Source: Puccinia triticina
Lineage: Eukaryota
Reading direction: 5' to 3'
NCBI GenBank assembly: GCA_026914245.1
Contig: CP110439.1
Location: 186,001 to 250,000, forward strand
Length of the DNA: 64,000 nucleotides
The number at the start of each line of letters is the position of its first letter. Position 1 is the stretch's first letter. The translations under genes and the position numbers were made by a program. The notes under the pieces are model-generated. The model was given only the letters and a program-made list of their open reading frames with translations. It did no database searches and was not told where the DNA came from. Positions 1 through 12,722 of the stretch are shown here, piece after piece.

Positions 1-300
1 TCTTGTGAGATATGTAGCTTTTCCAGAAGTTGTAAACTTGATTTTCTGGTGACAAAAGAAAACATCTATGATTTGCTCTTTATTTACAATGGAATGCCTG
101 ATTGCACTTTGTGCCATTGGACTGTTGAGCCTATTAAACCAATAGCTCCTTTCACGTGAGGGCCAATGCGCCTCTGTAAGTCTTGAATGGCAGTTGGTAA
201 GCTCCTTGGCGGAGTTTCTGATCACACTTGTTTAGTCGGAACTCTAATAAACAGACCGAAAAACGAGCCGATGGAACAAGTTGAACGGACAGCCACAGAC

Positions 301-3278
301 ATGCCAAGAGTGCCATTCAAAGTGCCAACAAGGGCACCTTCGAGTTCTTCTTCGATTTCTCAATCAAAATCCTCTTCAAGATCTTCGAGTGCCACTCCAA
401 TGTCTCCCAAAAGTCTAGCTAAGAAATTCTTCAAGAGTCAAGCCGTCCGAGACAGCAGGATCAAGTTAATACAAAAAATACTTGATATGGGTGAAGATTC
501 TCTCCGGGACTACATTATCAAAGATTCCGAATCCTTTTTTGGTCAAACACCGACAGCTTTACAGGTTGACGCTGTTGTAAATCTTGTAAAAAAAGAAATA
601 CATTTGTTTTATCGGGCACCGGTTCCGGGAAGACTCGGATCGCTGAAATGTATCACCACTTGTTTGCCCCCTCAACACGGAAGGCGACTATACTGGTGTT
701 GAATCCGCTTGATTCCCTTGGAGAGAATCAAGTATGTGAATATTTTACTTCAAGTTATTAAATATATTTAATTATTTACATTTTTATAGATCTAGGTGGC
801 GGAGAAAGAAAAGGATGGAATGACTGCAATCAGTCTGACAAAGATGACATTTACAAGGAAGGTGGCCGACAAGATAATCAAAGGGGATTACAGCTTTGTG
901 TACTTGGTAAGCATTGCATTTCACAATTGACTGCATGAATATCACACCAAGTCCGACCATACCTGTTGTTTGTAGAGTCCTGTGCACACAACTCACATGC
1001 GCATCTACATTTCAAGACCCCCTCCGCCGAACATACTCTTTCGGTCTAAGTCAGAGATGCTCTGACTTCGCTACCGAATGATACTACGCTCTCTTGTATG
1101 TACCTGGACTTATGCACTATCCATCTTGCGTTCAGTCAGAAGCCCTTACCTTCTAATCTAATAATAATGACACAGGACGTAGTCTACAGTCAGACAGAAG
1201 CAATGGAGATATGTGACCTTTATCTTGCGCTATCCCCCTCGACAAGCTGTTCTAATGCTCTTATAGTACAAAGGGACGTAAGCCACTGGTTGGTGATCTC
1301 CGGCTACAAGGCACTAGGGTCTAAAAACAAAGTATACGGGCCCCAGTCACGATACTTGACCAACGAGCTGCTTTTGCACCTGAAGGACATAGAGGATACA
1401 ACCGGCTGTCTAGCTATATCGCACTCTGAGCCAGACAGCGAAGGAGTCAAGATACTAAACACCATGTCTGTATCTAGCTGGTCTGTAGGCAGCGATCCAT
1501 CTTTTTCCTCAATAATGGGCTATTCAACTATGTCTTCTACAAGAAGCAGTTTCAAGATTGGCTGGCGTTGGTTGTGGTAGATGAATCCCATATGATATAT
1601 CTCTGGGGCCTTGTTGCTAAGGGCAAGTCAAAAAGAAGCTCGTCCCACGCACAAACACAGGACCGTGGAATTTTCAGGCCGTTGTACGGAAATTTAGGAG
1701 CTTGACTAATGGCAACCTATGGAGTTCCGGTGCTCCTACAATCAGCTACATGCCGGCCAATTGCAATCAAAAGCATTATGAAGAGTTTGAAGATCACTAA
1801 CAACAATATTGACTTTGTCCGAGGAGAATTGACGCGCCCCAAAATTTGAATCATCTGAATGCCCATGAAGTCGTCTTTAAAATCAGCAAATGATCTGCTA
1901 AATGTTTTTGGAACAAAGGAAGAAGTCAGTGAGCAAAATATTCCACCTACTCTGATATACTCTGGCACCCGAAATGCAACCTTGAAGGTTATGAGGTGGT
2001 GAACCAGGCGCAAGGAAATCCTGGATGTGAATACAACCCACACAGCCCCATCATTCGCCGATACCACGCTGCTAGCGGGGAAAAGGAGAAAAAGGAAGCT
2101 GTTGACCTCTTCAAAGCCGAGGAGTTTCCTTGTATGTCCTGTACAATGGCACTCGGACTCGGTCAAAACTGGAAGCGTGTGCGTCGGGTTATCCACATGG
2201 GGCGAGGAGATCCGTCTCCTATCAGTCAGATGATTGGTCGTGCTGGTCGAGATGGGAGAACCGGGCTTGCTATTCTATTTATGGAACGCCATCGGAAGTT
2301 TGGGAAGTATCGTGTTGAGGAGTTTACCGGGGAGGACGACCAAGAGGATGATTGCCGGATGGATGCGCTGGCTGTGACTCCAGTTTGCCTGCGAATAGCA
2401 ATCTCTGTCGACAACATGTAAGATATTTTTCAGGGTGCTGCACTTGTTTTTTAAAGAAAAAACTACTTACATTTGATTTCTTTGATAGAAATGGATACAT
2501 CCCAGTTTCTTTTGATGATCCAAGCTACCTTGCAGAAAAAAAGCGTGAAGAAGTCATGAAATTCCCTGTGTGCAGGTGTTCCAACTGCTTGCCAGAAGAA
2601 GCAGAAGTCTTGGCAAGAAACTGGAAGCAAATGACTGTTGATAACTGGGACAATGCCCTCAAAAACCCGCTTGATACGTTTGGAGAGACAACAGTTAGCT
2701 TACCAACAAAAAAAAATTGAACGTCACAGAAAAAGAAAGTAGGAGAGAGGAATCCTCTGTACTCTGACCTGAAAGTGATTCTAGTCAAGAAGTTCAATAC
2801 ATATTTTGAAGAAAACCTCAAGGACTGTGCATCTTTCATGCCGGACCGTATTTTTGGCGAGCAACACGCAGAGAAGGTTGTTGAGAGCTTGGACAACATC
2901 AGCAGTATTCAAGATCTCTCAAACGTCCTTGGTGGGGAGAGCCTTGATGGGCTGTTAGACTTATTGTATGGAATCATCATTGAATTTCGCAAAAGTTCGG
3001 AGTTCCAGGCCTACTTAACAAATGAAACGCAGTACAACAAGGACATTGAAAATAACATGGATCGGCTGAATAGAGAAATTGCGGCTCGGGCTACAGAGCA
3101 AAAAAAGTTAGAAACAGAGGCCTCCGAGAGGGCTGATCAGAAGAAAAAACAAACAGAACTTCTAAAAGGTGATGAGATTGCAAGGAAGAAGAAAAAGTTT
3201 GAAGACAATCAGCGATGTCTAGAGATTTTCAAGAGAGCAGCTCACAACCCATCAGAAGAAAATGAGCGTGCTAGATGA
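301..3278 (+). pseudogene. RecQ-like SF2 helicase, frameshifted and with in-frame stops
   Basis: Walker A GTGSGKT (about 614-635, out of frame with the upstream ORF), VLNPLDSLGENQ, LALVVVDESHMIYLWG (about 1563-1610), SATCRP, CTMALGLGQNW, motif VI QMIGRAGRDG, and Cys-rich CLR...CRCSNC. GT-AG introns are present. Confidence 0.8.
982..1500. other. About 520-bp insertion interrupting the helicase exon (possible solo LTR)
   Basis: The helicase reads ...YL|SP at 976-981 and resumes at FLNNGLF near 1505. The intervening sequence is non-helicase and runs TG...CA, but no TSD was found. Confidence 0.4.
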
Positions 3279-3313
3279 GAGTGTTTAAACAAACCTCAAG
3301 ACATATCCAGATA

Positions 3314-6237
3314 TCAAAGCTCCAGGGACCTTGCACTTGAACCATCACTTGAACCTTCAGCGCCATCGATATCCCCATCCCCGGAAATGTCTCCAAAATC
3401 TAAGCCCCCCTGACCCTCCTTCCACATTGGTATTGCTGGCGGACACATTCGAAGCCACAACTTTTTATTGCCTTCAGAACTCTTTTGTATTTTATCCATA
3501 CCTTTTATGTAATAATTTGGGATGCTCAATGGGACATATTGCCCAGCCTGCAGAGAAACTGCACAGATGTCGTTGTTTTGTGTCATTTGGAGGCAGCTGT
3601 TGAGAGATTGGAGGTTGATTGTGTTTTTATGGGATTGGTGATAGTTTACAAGTCCACTTTCTTCTTTCAAATCATGTATCAAGTTTTGTAGCTGGAAGAA
3701 AGACATAAAAAACGTCAAAAACATAAAAAATGCTCCAAATAAATGAAAACATGTCATACCAGAGACACATTGGGTGAATAAATATTTTGGAGTCACTCAA
3801 TTTCTGTCCCCTTTCCTGTGTGATTGAATATGTACTTGAGCCAGTAGTTTTGAGATTTGAGAAAGAAGTCCTTGGCCACAAAGTGTTTGCGCCTTCTGCT
3901 CGGAGCAATGAAAAGAGAGTGTTTAATCGCCTTACTCAGAGCAGTTGACAAGATCTTCTCCAAAAGAATGACCATTCTTGGTAGATGAATCGCGTAATTC
4001 TTGAGTTTCTTCATTGACTGAGACATCACTGACCAGCGCTTCCACATGTACATTACCCTACCCACGTCACCTGACTTCATTGCTCTATTTGCTTCGACAA
4101 CACTGGAAAAATTGATTGTCCAAAGGAGCTGATTGGATAACTTGGGAGAGAGAATTTTGCCAGCGTTACAGATGGTGGATGCGGTAAAGAAACAATTGTA
4201 GCACTCATCAACAATGAATTTGATCTTATCCGAGGGAAGTTTGCGGAGCTTTGGGCCTAGTACCGTGTCATCTATACCCGTGACAACCCTACAAAAAACA
4301 ATATTGAATTCTTCAGTTGGTGGCACCGAAAAAGGTTTTAAAAAAGTGACTTACATCAATAGATGGCATATTGTTGCCTCATGGATTTTCTCCATGTTCT
4401 GAATCATCAAGGTGAAGTCTTTCTTGTCAATAGGCTTGTCCGATGGCATTCCTAATGCATCTAAGAAACGCCAAGCACCAGAATCACGACTGTTGGCCGA
4501 GTTTCCCAAGTGGAGAGTGAAGATTGCTCCAGCAATATTCCAGAGGGTGTGTGCGCCGCCAAGAACTGTGTGTATGCTTGTGAGATTCTCTTCGTTGTGA
4601 TGGTTTGGGATTCAGAGACTTTGAACGTTTTGACAGGTTGCCAAGTCGGCGTCAATGACCTGTAAGCGATTGTAGAAGTCTTCCTTTGAAACTGACAACT
4701 GTTTGAGGATCCCATCAAAGACGTCAGAGACTCCTTGAGAAGATTCATCTGAGGCAACCATCAACTTCAGCATGGTGATGTTGGGACGGGTATGGGGGAT
4801 CTGGTCAACTGTAGGTGGGGTGGTTTGAATGTGAATCTTGCTATCAGCGGGCTCAATGAGATATTTCAGGAGGACGGTGGCGATCTGAGACTTGAGGACC
4901 TCCTTCCAATGAAGGTGTTCGGGAATACTACCATAAAGAGTCTTTGGGTGTATCTTGACAGATGCGGCTTTTGACATTGCTTCTTTAAATGCTTGAAGGG
5001 TGATTTTGTCTGGCGATAGCAAAGATGTCATTGCCGGGTTGAGTTGATGAATATAGCCCCACGTCCCGTGGAACATCTTTGTGTTGTGTCCTCCAGATTT
5101 CAAGTGGACCCTCTGTTCAAACTCCAAGTTATCAATACAAAGGAAGGCGGGAATGGGATTGTTTGATTTTTTGGCTAGTTTTTTAGATATGTTTGACACA
5201 GCTGCTTTTCCGAGAGTTTTCAATGCCGAAATAGCCGTTTTTCGAGAGGAAGTCAGACCAATCTGCTGTAGATACTTATTAACCCTCTCAGAAACACCGC
5301 ACGCCAAGAAGGTTAAGCTGTTGGATATTTGAAGACTGTTGTGCCTTTGATTTGCCAGATAAGCTACCATTGCACAAATGGTTTTTCCGGTCTCAGAATT
5401 GGTAAAAATAACACAACAGTTGGCCAAAAGTTCAAAAATTACATCAAGCAGATTGCACAAAGAGAGCTTACGGTAATCACTCGCTGCTGATGATCTTTTG
5501 GAGCATCTGATCCATCACCAAAGAGATCAGGCTCGCGTTTGTCGGCATCAGACTTTTCAAGCAGGGCATCTTCTTCATCAAGACTGTCCGATGGGCCAGT
5601 TGGGGAAGGCGTCAAGTCCATGCGCATCTTGTTGGTGACGAGTTTGAACAAGAAGGGCATGTGCTCCTCCACAAGCTCTTGATTGCGCCTGTCCTTTGCG
5701 CTGGAATCAAAAAAGTCGGATTTGATATGTTCCGAGCTGTAATACCCACCCTTTGGAAAATAACCAGTTGGAGGTGTCTCATTTTGAACAATGATGGAAG
5801 CCTAAAATTCCAAAGTAAAGTCGCTGAGAAATTAGAATTTACCAATCAAGATTGAAATTGAAAAAAAATCTATTTACTTTGTTGAGAATGAAGTTTTTCC
5901 ATGCAGTTATTCCCTGGTATGTCTCCTGTACATTGTCCCGAATGGTTTTGACAAGTCGGATAGTGGAGGGAATTCCAACTGGCGTAGACCAATATCGGTG
6001 TTCAACAGCAGCCGCCATGTCTGGGTTCTTGAGGAAAGCAGCAAAGAAAGATTTTGGCGTAAAATCCATGGCCGCTATTAAATCACAGATGAGCTGAATC
6101 TTATCTCTTTCTTTTTTTGGGCGTGGTGGCGGTATCCAGTCAAGTGTTTTCTTCAAAGGCATTATGCTAGTTGCTTGCTGAGTTCGGTTGGGGCAAAGCT
6201 GATTTTTTTTCTTGCTGATTTGAGCGATTGCGGCCAA
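3314..6237 (-). pseudogene. DUF6589-family putative (AcademH) transposase, broken into several ORF fragments
   Basis: Fragments include NSLTFLACGVSERVNKYLQQIGLTSSRKT, LCIDNLEFEQRVH..MFHGTWGYIH, MLKLMVASDESSQGV, DADLATCQN, GGAHTLWN, AMKSGDVGRVMYMWKRW and HFVAKDFFLKSQNYWLKY. Confidence 0.7.
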
Positions 6238-7665
6238 GGATATGGGGGCGGAGAAGAAGCAAAAATGGTTGAACTACATACACACAACCTCCCCACTTCA
6301 TTCCCCAAAAGACAAGCCGAAGGTCCCACAGCAACAAGGCCAGTCTCCACTCAACCCCACAACACTATGGCGGGGAGGCAAAGTTGCCCCGGCCGCGCAC
6401 CACAATGCAGTGCTTTTGGGGATGGGTGGGGGATGTGAAGTTTTTGAATGGGTGATTTGATGGACTTACCGGCGGGAACCAGATGCAAATGAATGGTGCT
6501 GTTGCCAACGAGGTGAGCAGGTTCCATTGAGTGAACCAAATACCAATGATTTGAGAGATTGCCGTCCAGCTGAGATCAATTGTTGTCGCCAACAAGGTGA
6601 GCGGATTCTGTCGGGCCAAGATTTGCTAGAGGACTGTAGCCTACTGTAGCTTACTAATGAATCGTGATTGGAAAAAAAGAGGAAAAGGCACGGGAGAATT
6701 AACTTAAGATTTAATTATAGATCATGGGTTTGGAGCTTAATGGTCGAAGAGGGATCTTCAAAACCCAGAGTTTTCAAAAAAATAAATGAGATACTTGTAT
6801 GCTCAAACTAAAATTCTGAATAGACTACGATGACTGCAAGATGCAGGCCATCATCCTTAGTGAAAAAAACAAGCTTTTCTGGGTTTGTGAGGTGTAGTGC
6901 CGAAAAGGTGTGCTCTACACCAAAATGGTTTCCTGCTGTCACGCCATGAAAGTGGGATTGCATGCAAGTCCCTCTACCAATGGTAGTGGGGTTGCACACG
7001 CCGCCCCGCGCCACTCTACCATTCTGGGTACGAGGGGCTTGTGTCAAGTTTGCTCTCTGTTGTGTATAGAGGCCGCCAGCTAGCTTAACACAAATCCCCT
7101 GCTGGCAGCTGGCTTGCTGTGGCGCGAACTGAGCACAAGTGCCTCGCCTGCCGGGGGCCTTCGGGGCTCTCACAGGGTGAGCCCTGTTTAGGCTCGGGCC
7201 CTCGGCTGTGGCAAGCGCCAAGTACAAGCAACAAAGCCGCCTTCCCGCCGGGGTCCCCTGGACCCTCCGCTCGAGAGACTTAAGCTGTGGCCGCCAGCAA
7301 GGTTGTGCAACTGCGTTTGAATTCTTGTTGGCTCTCATCTCACTAGCATTTTTGTAGTAGTGATTGGTAGTTTTGACTGTTGATCTCTCAGTTTGATGTT
7401 TCTCAGATTCATACTGTACAATACCATAGGCCAAAATCCACTTTTTAAAAAAAAGGTTGTGTGACAAAGCCGCAACTGAAGAAGCACCTATGTACTAGCA
7501 CCTAGACGCGATAAGCCCAAGCAACAGCGATAGATCACCATCACCTGCGATCACGCTACACTTAGCGCAAGTGTAGCGAACGTTCAAAACCACACCACAC
7601 TCTAAGAAACTGTCTGCCTACAGTTCCTACGGCGCAAGCAACGTGGATGTTACAAAGTCATACTA

Positions 7666-7863
7666 GGGGGGTTCACAATTGAATTTTATAAAACTTTGGA
7701 GGTCAATTTAAGGCCTTTATGAACATAGTTTTAAAATTTTGGCAAGATGTCCAGAAAAAGGTGTGACTGATCAATCAGTGCAATTATCAACTTTTTAAAA
7801 ATATGTTCATAAACGGGTTAAAATGGGTCCTAAAGTTTTACAAATTTCAATTGTGAACCCCCC
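7666..7863. mobile_element. MITE, 198 bp
   Basis: TIR GGGGGGTTCACAATTGAA...TTCAATTGTGAACCCCCC with imperfect internal foldback; TACTA directly repeated on both flanks. Confidence 0.8.
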
Positions 7864-8438
7864 TACTAAGTAAATGCTTATTGCAAAGAGCTAATTTACA
7901 ACTAAGAAAATGACACAGTCGATGTTTTGCTTGAATTTTTTGCTTTGTTTTGTTACATATGCAAGTTCAGCCATGAAACATTGATTGGCATATTTACATA
8001 GATCTTCTCCTTTTGAACTGCAGCTTTGACTTGAAACTTGGCACATGTTAGCCCTACACTCTTTGCCTAACTTAACCAAGTCCCACCCTCCTACAGGTGG
8101 AGTGGTAAAACACTGGTCCCATTGCGCCGACCGGAGGGAGGGACTTACGCGCTAAACGGGCTTACAGGCTAACAGCATTTGGATTTTTGGTGGGGACTTT
8201 CTCAAAACTGCTCTCACCCATCCATTTCCTGTCCAATTTCATTATTGTTTGGATTTCCATTATGACCAAAGTCTTCTTTATCCATGTACTATACCCACCT
8301 ATCCCCAACCTGTCTTCTTGATCTGCAATGTCCCTTTTAACTTCATGAGTTTTGGATTCTGTACAGTGTGAACTTTGGCCCCGTTTGGCAGCAATCATGT
8401 TATGTGATGTTGTGCACTTACCTAATGTGATGCACATC

Positions 8439-9172
8439 TGTTGAAACTAGCCTGACACTCGTCCTCAAAACTCGTCAAAAACTCGTTCTTTTCATTTTCT
8501 GACTTCAATCTGCGCAAGTGCGCGCTCAACAACATCGCGCGACTTGAATCATCAAATCTAACCTAATCGGTCAAGGTATCGCCAACGCTCTCCCTCGCTC
8601 TCCCGATCCTCTCTCCGACAAACTCCATCACTTTTGTCCATTGCTGGCGGAACTCGCTTCAATAACGGTACTCCGACGCTCCGCTCAGGATCAACTAACC
8701 TTGACGCTCATCTCATCAAGACTCTTTGCTCATCTCGGCAAAGCTTTAACTTGGACAGCCTAATTAGCTTTCCAACTTGGTGAGAAATGCTCATCAAGCA
8801 TTTCCTCTCAATTTATCTACCCTTAACTTGTTCTCTCATAACTAATCATTGTTTATTTCTCAGTCTTGTCGTCAATCTAGATCCTCTTTTCATTATTCTA
8901 TTGTTGTCACTTATCTGCGTAAAACACAGGGTTTGTTATTCTTTTCTATTTTGTCTTGACTTCAAACCTATTACTAATCCGTATCAACTCTCAGCTCCTC
9001 GACTTCAATCTATCTCCTAAATTCCTAGTTGTCCATTCTATTATCTGATCCATCTACTTCAGGGTTTGTCTCTTTCTTGAATACTCAATTCTTCTTATCT
9101 TCAGCGTCTCATCTTTGTTTTCTTCCAGTTCTGGTCTTTGATTTACAGTAATAAAAACAGTCAGGTTCTTTA
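8439..9172 (+). mobile_element. Solo LTR (Copia-like), TG...TA
   Basis: Starts TGTTGAAAC, ends CAGGTTCTTTA, is flanked by 5-bp TSD ACATC, and has a pyrimidine-rich 3' half. Confidence 0.65.
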
Positions 9173-9209
9173 ACATCACTCTTGAATTTCATATCTTTCA
9201 AGATAACAC

Positions 9210-9836
9210 GAGTGTTTGGCTGCCACTTGCGTCATACAGCTTGCCTACATAACAAGCTCCATGGCCGGTAAATACTGGCCATCAAGCGTACATACCGGCA
9301 AGGCCAATCAAGTGTTTAACTCCTCTCGACAATGGCCGGTACACGGTCATCAAAGGGAATACAGAGTCCCTTTTGGGGAACACATAGTCCCATCAATGAC
9401 CATTGGTTATCAATGGGAATACATGGTCCCTTGGATGACCAATGGTCATCGAGGAGAATATGTACACAGTCCCTTCGATGACCAATGGTCATCGAGGAGA
9501 ATACATAGTCCCTTTGATGACCAATGGTCATCAAGGAGAATACATAGTCCCTTTGATGACCAATGGTCATCAATGGCCAATTGTGTTGGATCGGTCATCA
9601 ATGTCAATGACTGTTTCCATTGATTGGAGTGTGTACTCTGCTCGGTGACCAGTACAAAGTCTGTACCGGCCATCAAGGTGAGTAACAGAGGTGGAGTTGG
9701 GGGTGTGTTGTGTAAGGGTGTCAATATCACCCCAAATACACCCCCAGGGGTACTATATCGGAAATGGCGGGGATGATGAGGAGTGATGAGGAAACTCGTG
9801 ATGACCCTCATAACTCGTCAAATCTGCCAAACATGC
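9210..9836. repeat. Small element with an internal ~39-41-bp tandem array whose core is a palindrome
   Basis: About 6 units of AGTCCCTTYGATGACCAATGGTCATCRAGGAGAATACAT at about 9340-9575; core GATGACCA-A-TGGTCATC; short inverted ends TGTTTGGC/GCCAAACA. Confidence 0.7.
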
Positions 9837-10579
9837 GAGTGATACAATATGGGCCTTGGTGAGGCCCGGTTATAGAAAAGCAGTGGTTATTACATAACAT
9901 CACTGCTGCCAAACGGGGCCTTTGTAATATAGGATGAAGCGGACCACAGATAGTCACACAAAATGGATCTGAGGGGTTCTGAAGGCCTCAAAAAATTCAG
10001 AAAAATTTGGAGAGATTCTCCTTGATCTTGGGAATCTTTTGTTCCCCCAAACCTTTGCTGCCCAATGGGAAAGGGTGAAGCCAGAAACGTAAGAAAAAAG
10101 ACATAGTTCTGATTCTGTCAGCCCAAACTTGGACATTGGGTGTAAGTCCCTCCTTCGGAGGGTCCCGGCGGGACAGTGTCCCCCTCAAATAGAGGGACTT
10201 TGTTAAGTTAGACTCTTTGCCAAGTTGCGTTTGTCAAAGATCATGGCGAGAGTGGAATGTTCCTACATATTTTAATTTCCAGGAAGAAGCAGTCATGATG
10301 GCGCCTCCTCAACTTCAACCGTCATGACTCACATTGTCCCTAGCGGTTTCTCACCTCGCTTGGAGAATGGACACTCTTGTAGTTGAACATGGACCATGCC
10401 AATATCCATCTGTTGGGTGGCGAGTTACTCGAGAGTTGAGACGACTTTAAGGTGCTTTATGGTGCCTCAACCCTGCAGGTTTATGTATGTTCATAGACAC
10501 CACATGGTTGATAGCAATCGACTGTCGATGCCTTACACCAATTCATACTCTGGGACTAAGATTATATTTATACTTCATT

Positions 10580-10725
10580 GGAGGACTTCCCGTCAATCTG
10601 GAAACTCAGGTTTTTCCAGATTCTGCGGGGAAATCTGGGCTCAATCGTCCCAAATCCTAGATCTGCCTAGATTTCCCTGCGAAATCTGGGAAAATCTGGG
10701 TTTCCAGATCGGCGGGAAGTCCTCC
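10580..10725. mobile_element. MITE, 146 bp, 3-bp TSD (Harbinger-like)
   Basis: TIR GGAGGACTTCCCG...CGGGAAGTCCTCC; ATT TSD; internal foldback. Confidence 0.8.
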
Positions 10726-10733
10726 ATTCACTC

Positions 10734-12722
10734 TACAGGTGCAAAAAAATATTTTGAAAACCAATTTGAATGGTTTTCAAAATATTTCCAATACACTCAG
10801 TCCTGGACGTCCTGAGGAACGAGTCGGACTAACCATTTTCAGATATTTTTAATATATTCTCAGAACCGCCTCAGGTGGTTCTGAATATATCTGAAAACCC
10901 ATTCTGGTTGAAGAAATATTCTTGAAACCACTTCAAATGGTTTTCAAAACCAATTTGGTTGGCTGATCAGTGTTGAAAACCAATTTGGTGGGCCAAACAG
11001 TTTTGAAAACCCAAATTGGTTGACCAAAAGGTTGTAGAAACCATTTTGGTTGGCAATTTGGTTTGAAAAATCAAGATTGGTCAGCCAAATGGTTCCTGAA
11101 ACCATTTTGGTTGGCCAATCTGTGTGGATAACCAACATCAGTGAGCCAAATGGTTTCAATAACCACATTTTGGTTGCCAAAAACATTCCCGGGCCATCAT
11201 TGGTTCCAGGAAACATTTGTGCGCACCAATTTCTGTACAGGCCCTCCCACTCGACCACTCCACTCCAGGGGCACGGGATTGGCCATTCCCACAGGAGAAC
11301 AGCCAATCTGGCTCTCCTGGACACACACCACTCAGCCACAGCAGATCCATGTGCAACACTTCAAAGCCGAGCTTGTTTAATTACTTGGGACAAGGGCAGT
11401 CATGGACACAGTTTTATTACGGGGGGATGCTAGACAGGCAAGCAATCCGGCTTGGGATCCTCGTCGACCTGCTGGAGCAGACAGAACGACTCATCAACCT
11501 GCCCCATCCGCTTCTGGAAGACAAAGTACTGGGGAGAGAGAGAGAAACAGGCTCAGCAGAGGGAAGCAACAAAGGGCACGAAAGGGGACTGACTTCCATG
11601 ATCGGCTGGGGCTCGGAGTGGGAGCCAAAGACGACGAGCCCGCGCTCGTCGCGGATCTCAAGGCTCTGGCGAGAGCGGAACCGGACGGCGAGCTGGACGA
11701 GCGTGCCTGCCTGGTCGAACGGCGCCGCCCGCATGGCCACCACCGCCAGCTTGCTCTCCTGCGCCGGTGGGGGATGCTTCATCCAGCTGATCAGATGGCT
11801 CGGGCTGTACAAGCCCAGCAGTCTCCGGCGCTTCTTGCGCAGGAACTTGACCATCAGCGGATGCAGGAATCGCTTCACCTGCTCGTCCTCAAACTGGCCC
11901 CTGCAAAACAAAAACAAATGCCTGGCTCAACACACCAGGCTCGCAATCCCGGAAGAAGAAGACCCACGTGGTGACCGTCTGGTGGGCCAGGACGATGGTC
12001 TGGTAGGCCTCGTCAACAAACTCCGTCATCCATGCCGGATTGGCTGGCGAGAGCACCGAGTCGACGTTCTGCTTCCTGAAGAGGGAAGAAACCAGTAAGC
12101 ACCCACCCACGAACACACACAGGAGAGGAGGCGGGCGGCGGACGATTGGCGCTGGCCGAGCCATTGGCCCCAGGCCTCCTTGAGAAGGGGTGATGGCCGA
12201 CGAGGGAGAAGAGGAGTTTCCAGCGGCGGAGGGCCTTGTTCCAGAGGGGATCGATGATGGGCGAGTTGTGGAGGCAACTGGGGCAATTTCAAGTCTCCGG
12301 TCGGAGAAAGCAACTGGGGGATATTTCAAATATATATCAAATGGTATAAATGGCTGCGCAGCCCGCAGGATTGAGTTTTCAGAACTGCCTGCCCATGTCA
12401 GGACAGTTCCGAGAAATATTTCCGGGAACTTCCATTTGGTTCTGGGAACCGCTCTGCCAACGTTTTTGGTTTTGATATCCTTTACACCAACTGTTTTGGT
12501 TTTCAGAACCAATCCCACAACATTTGGGAAAAAGTTGTGAGATTGGTTCTGAAAACCAAATCTCTTAGAGGACGGTGGTCATTCTCTCACAAAATGGTTT
12601 TGGGAACCAAATTGGTAACCAAATGGGTTCCCAAACCAAATTCAGACCAATTTGGTCCCAAAAACCACTATCCAGCCATTTTGGTTCTCAAGACCACCTC
12701 GGAAACTTTTAGTGCACCCGTG
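10734..12722. mobile_element. Non-autonomous TIR element with subterminal AACCA/TGGTT repeats carrying a captured gene fragment (Pack-type)
   Basis: Imperfect termini TACAGGTGCAAAAAAA and TTTTAGTGCACCCGTG; dense AAACCAATTTGGTT-like motifs at 10750-11220 and 12430-12700; GC-rich coding-like core. No TSD seen. Confidence 0.6.
11430..12100 (-). pseudogene. Captured 3' part of an Mba1/MRPL45-like (Tim44-like domain) gene with introns retained
   Basis: Spliced reading ...QLAVRFRSRQSLEIRDERGLVVFGSHSEPQPIME|YFVFQKRMGQVDESFCLLQQVDEDPKPDCLPV* resembles the MRPL45/Mba1 C-terminus; GT-AG intron at about 11530-11593. Confidence 0.6.

Larger units (their letters stand above)
1..7319. mobile_element. Decayed AcademH-like DNA transposon (RecQ-like helicase plus convergent transposase); left end probably outside the window, right end approximate
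   Basis: Convergent SF2 helicase (+) and DUF6589-type ORF (-) match the architecture described for AcademH in rust fungi. A GC-rich terminal-like tract at about 6950-7319 ends in CTGCGTTTG. TSD cannot be checked. Confidence 0.65.
8377..9920. mobile_element. PIF/Harbinger-type MITE expanded by two nested insertions
   Basis: About 32-bp TIR GGCCCCGTTTGGCAGCA...TGCTGCCAAACGGGGCC with a 3-bp TTT TSD. Confidence 0.75.
8030..10233. mobile_element. Possible non-autonomous element with AGTCCCT/AGGGACT hairpin-bearing inverted ends (ends approximate)
   Basis: Left end AACTTGGCA...CTAACTTAACCAAGTCCC...GGGACTTACGC is inverted relative to the right end GTGTAAGTCCCTCC...AGGGACTTTGTTAAGTTAG...TGCCAAGTTGCGTTTG. 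Confidence 0.35.

Noticed and set aside
6808..7467. 219-aa minus-strand ORF
   Set aside because: Runs through a GC-rich terminal repeat, has a non-ATG start and shows no recognisable domain.
9340..9575. CRISPR-like array of palindromic repeats
   Set aside because: The intervening sequences are near-identical rather than unique spacers, the context is eukaryotic, and there are no cas genes.
11217..12098. 293-aa plus-strand ORF and other overlapping ORFs
   Set aside because: Antisense shadow of the GC-rich captured gene fragment.
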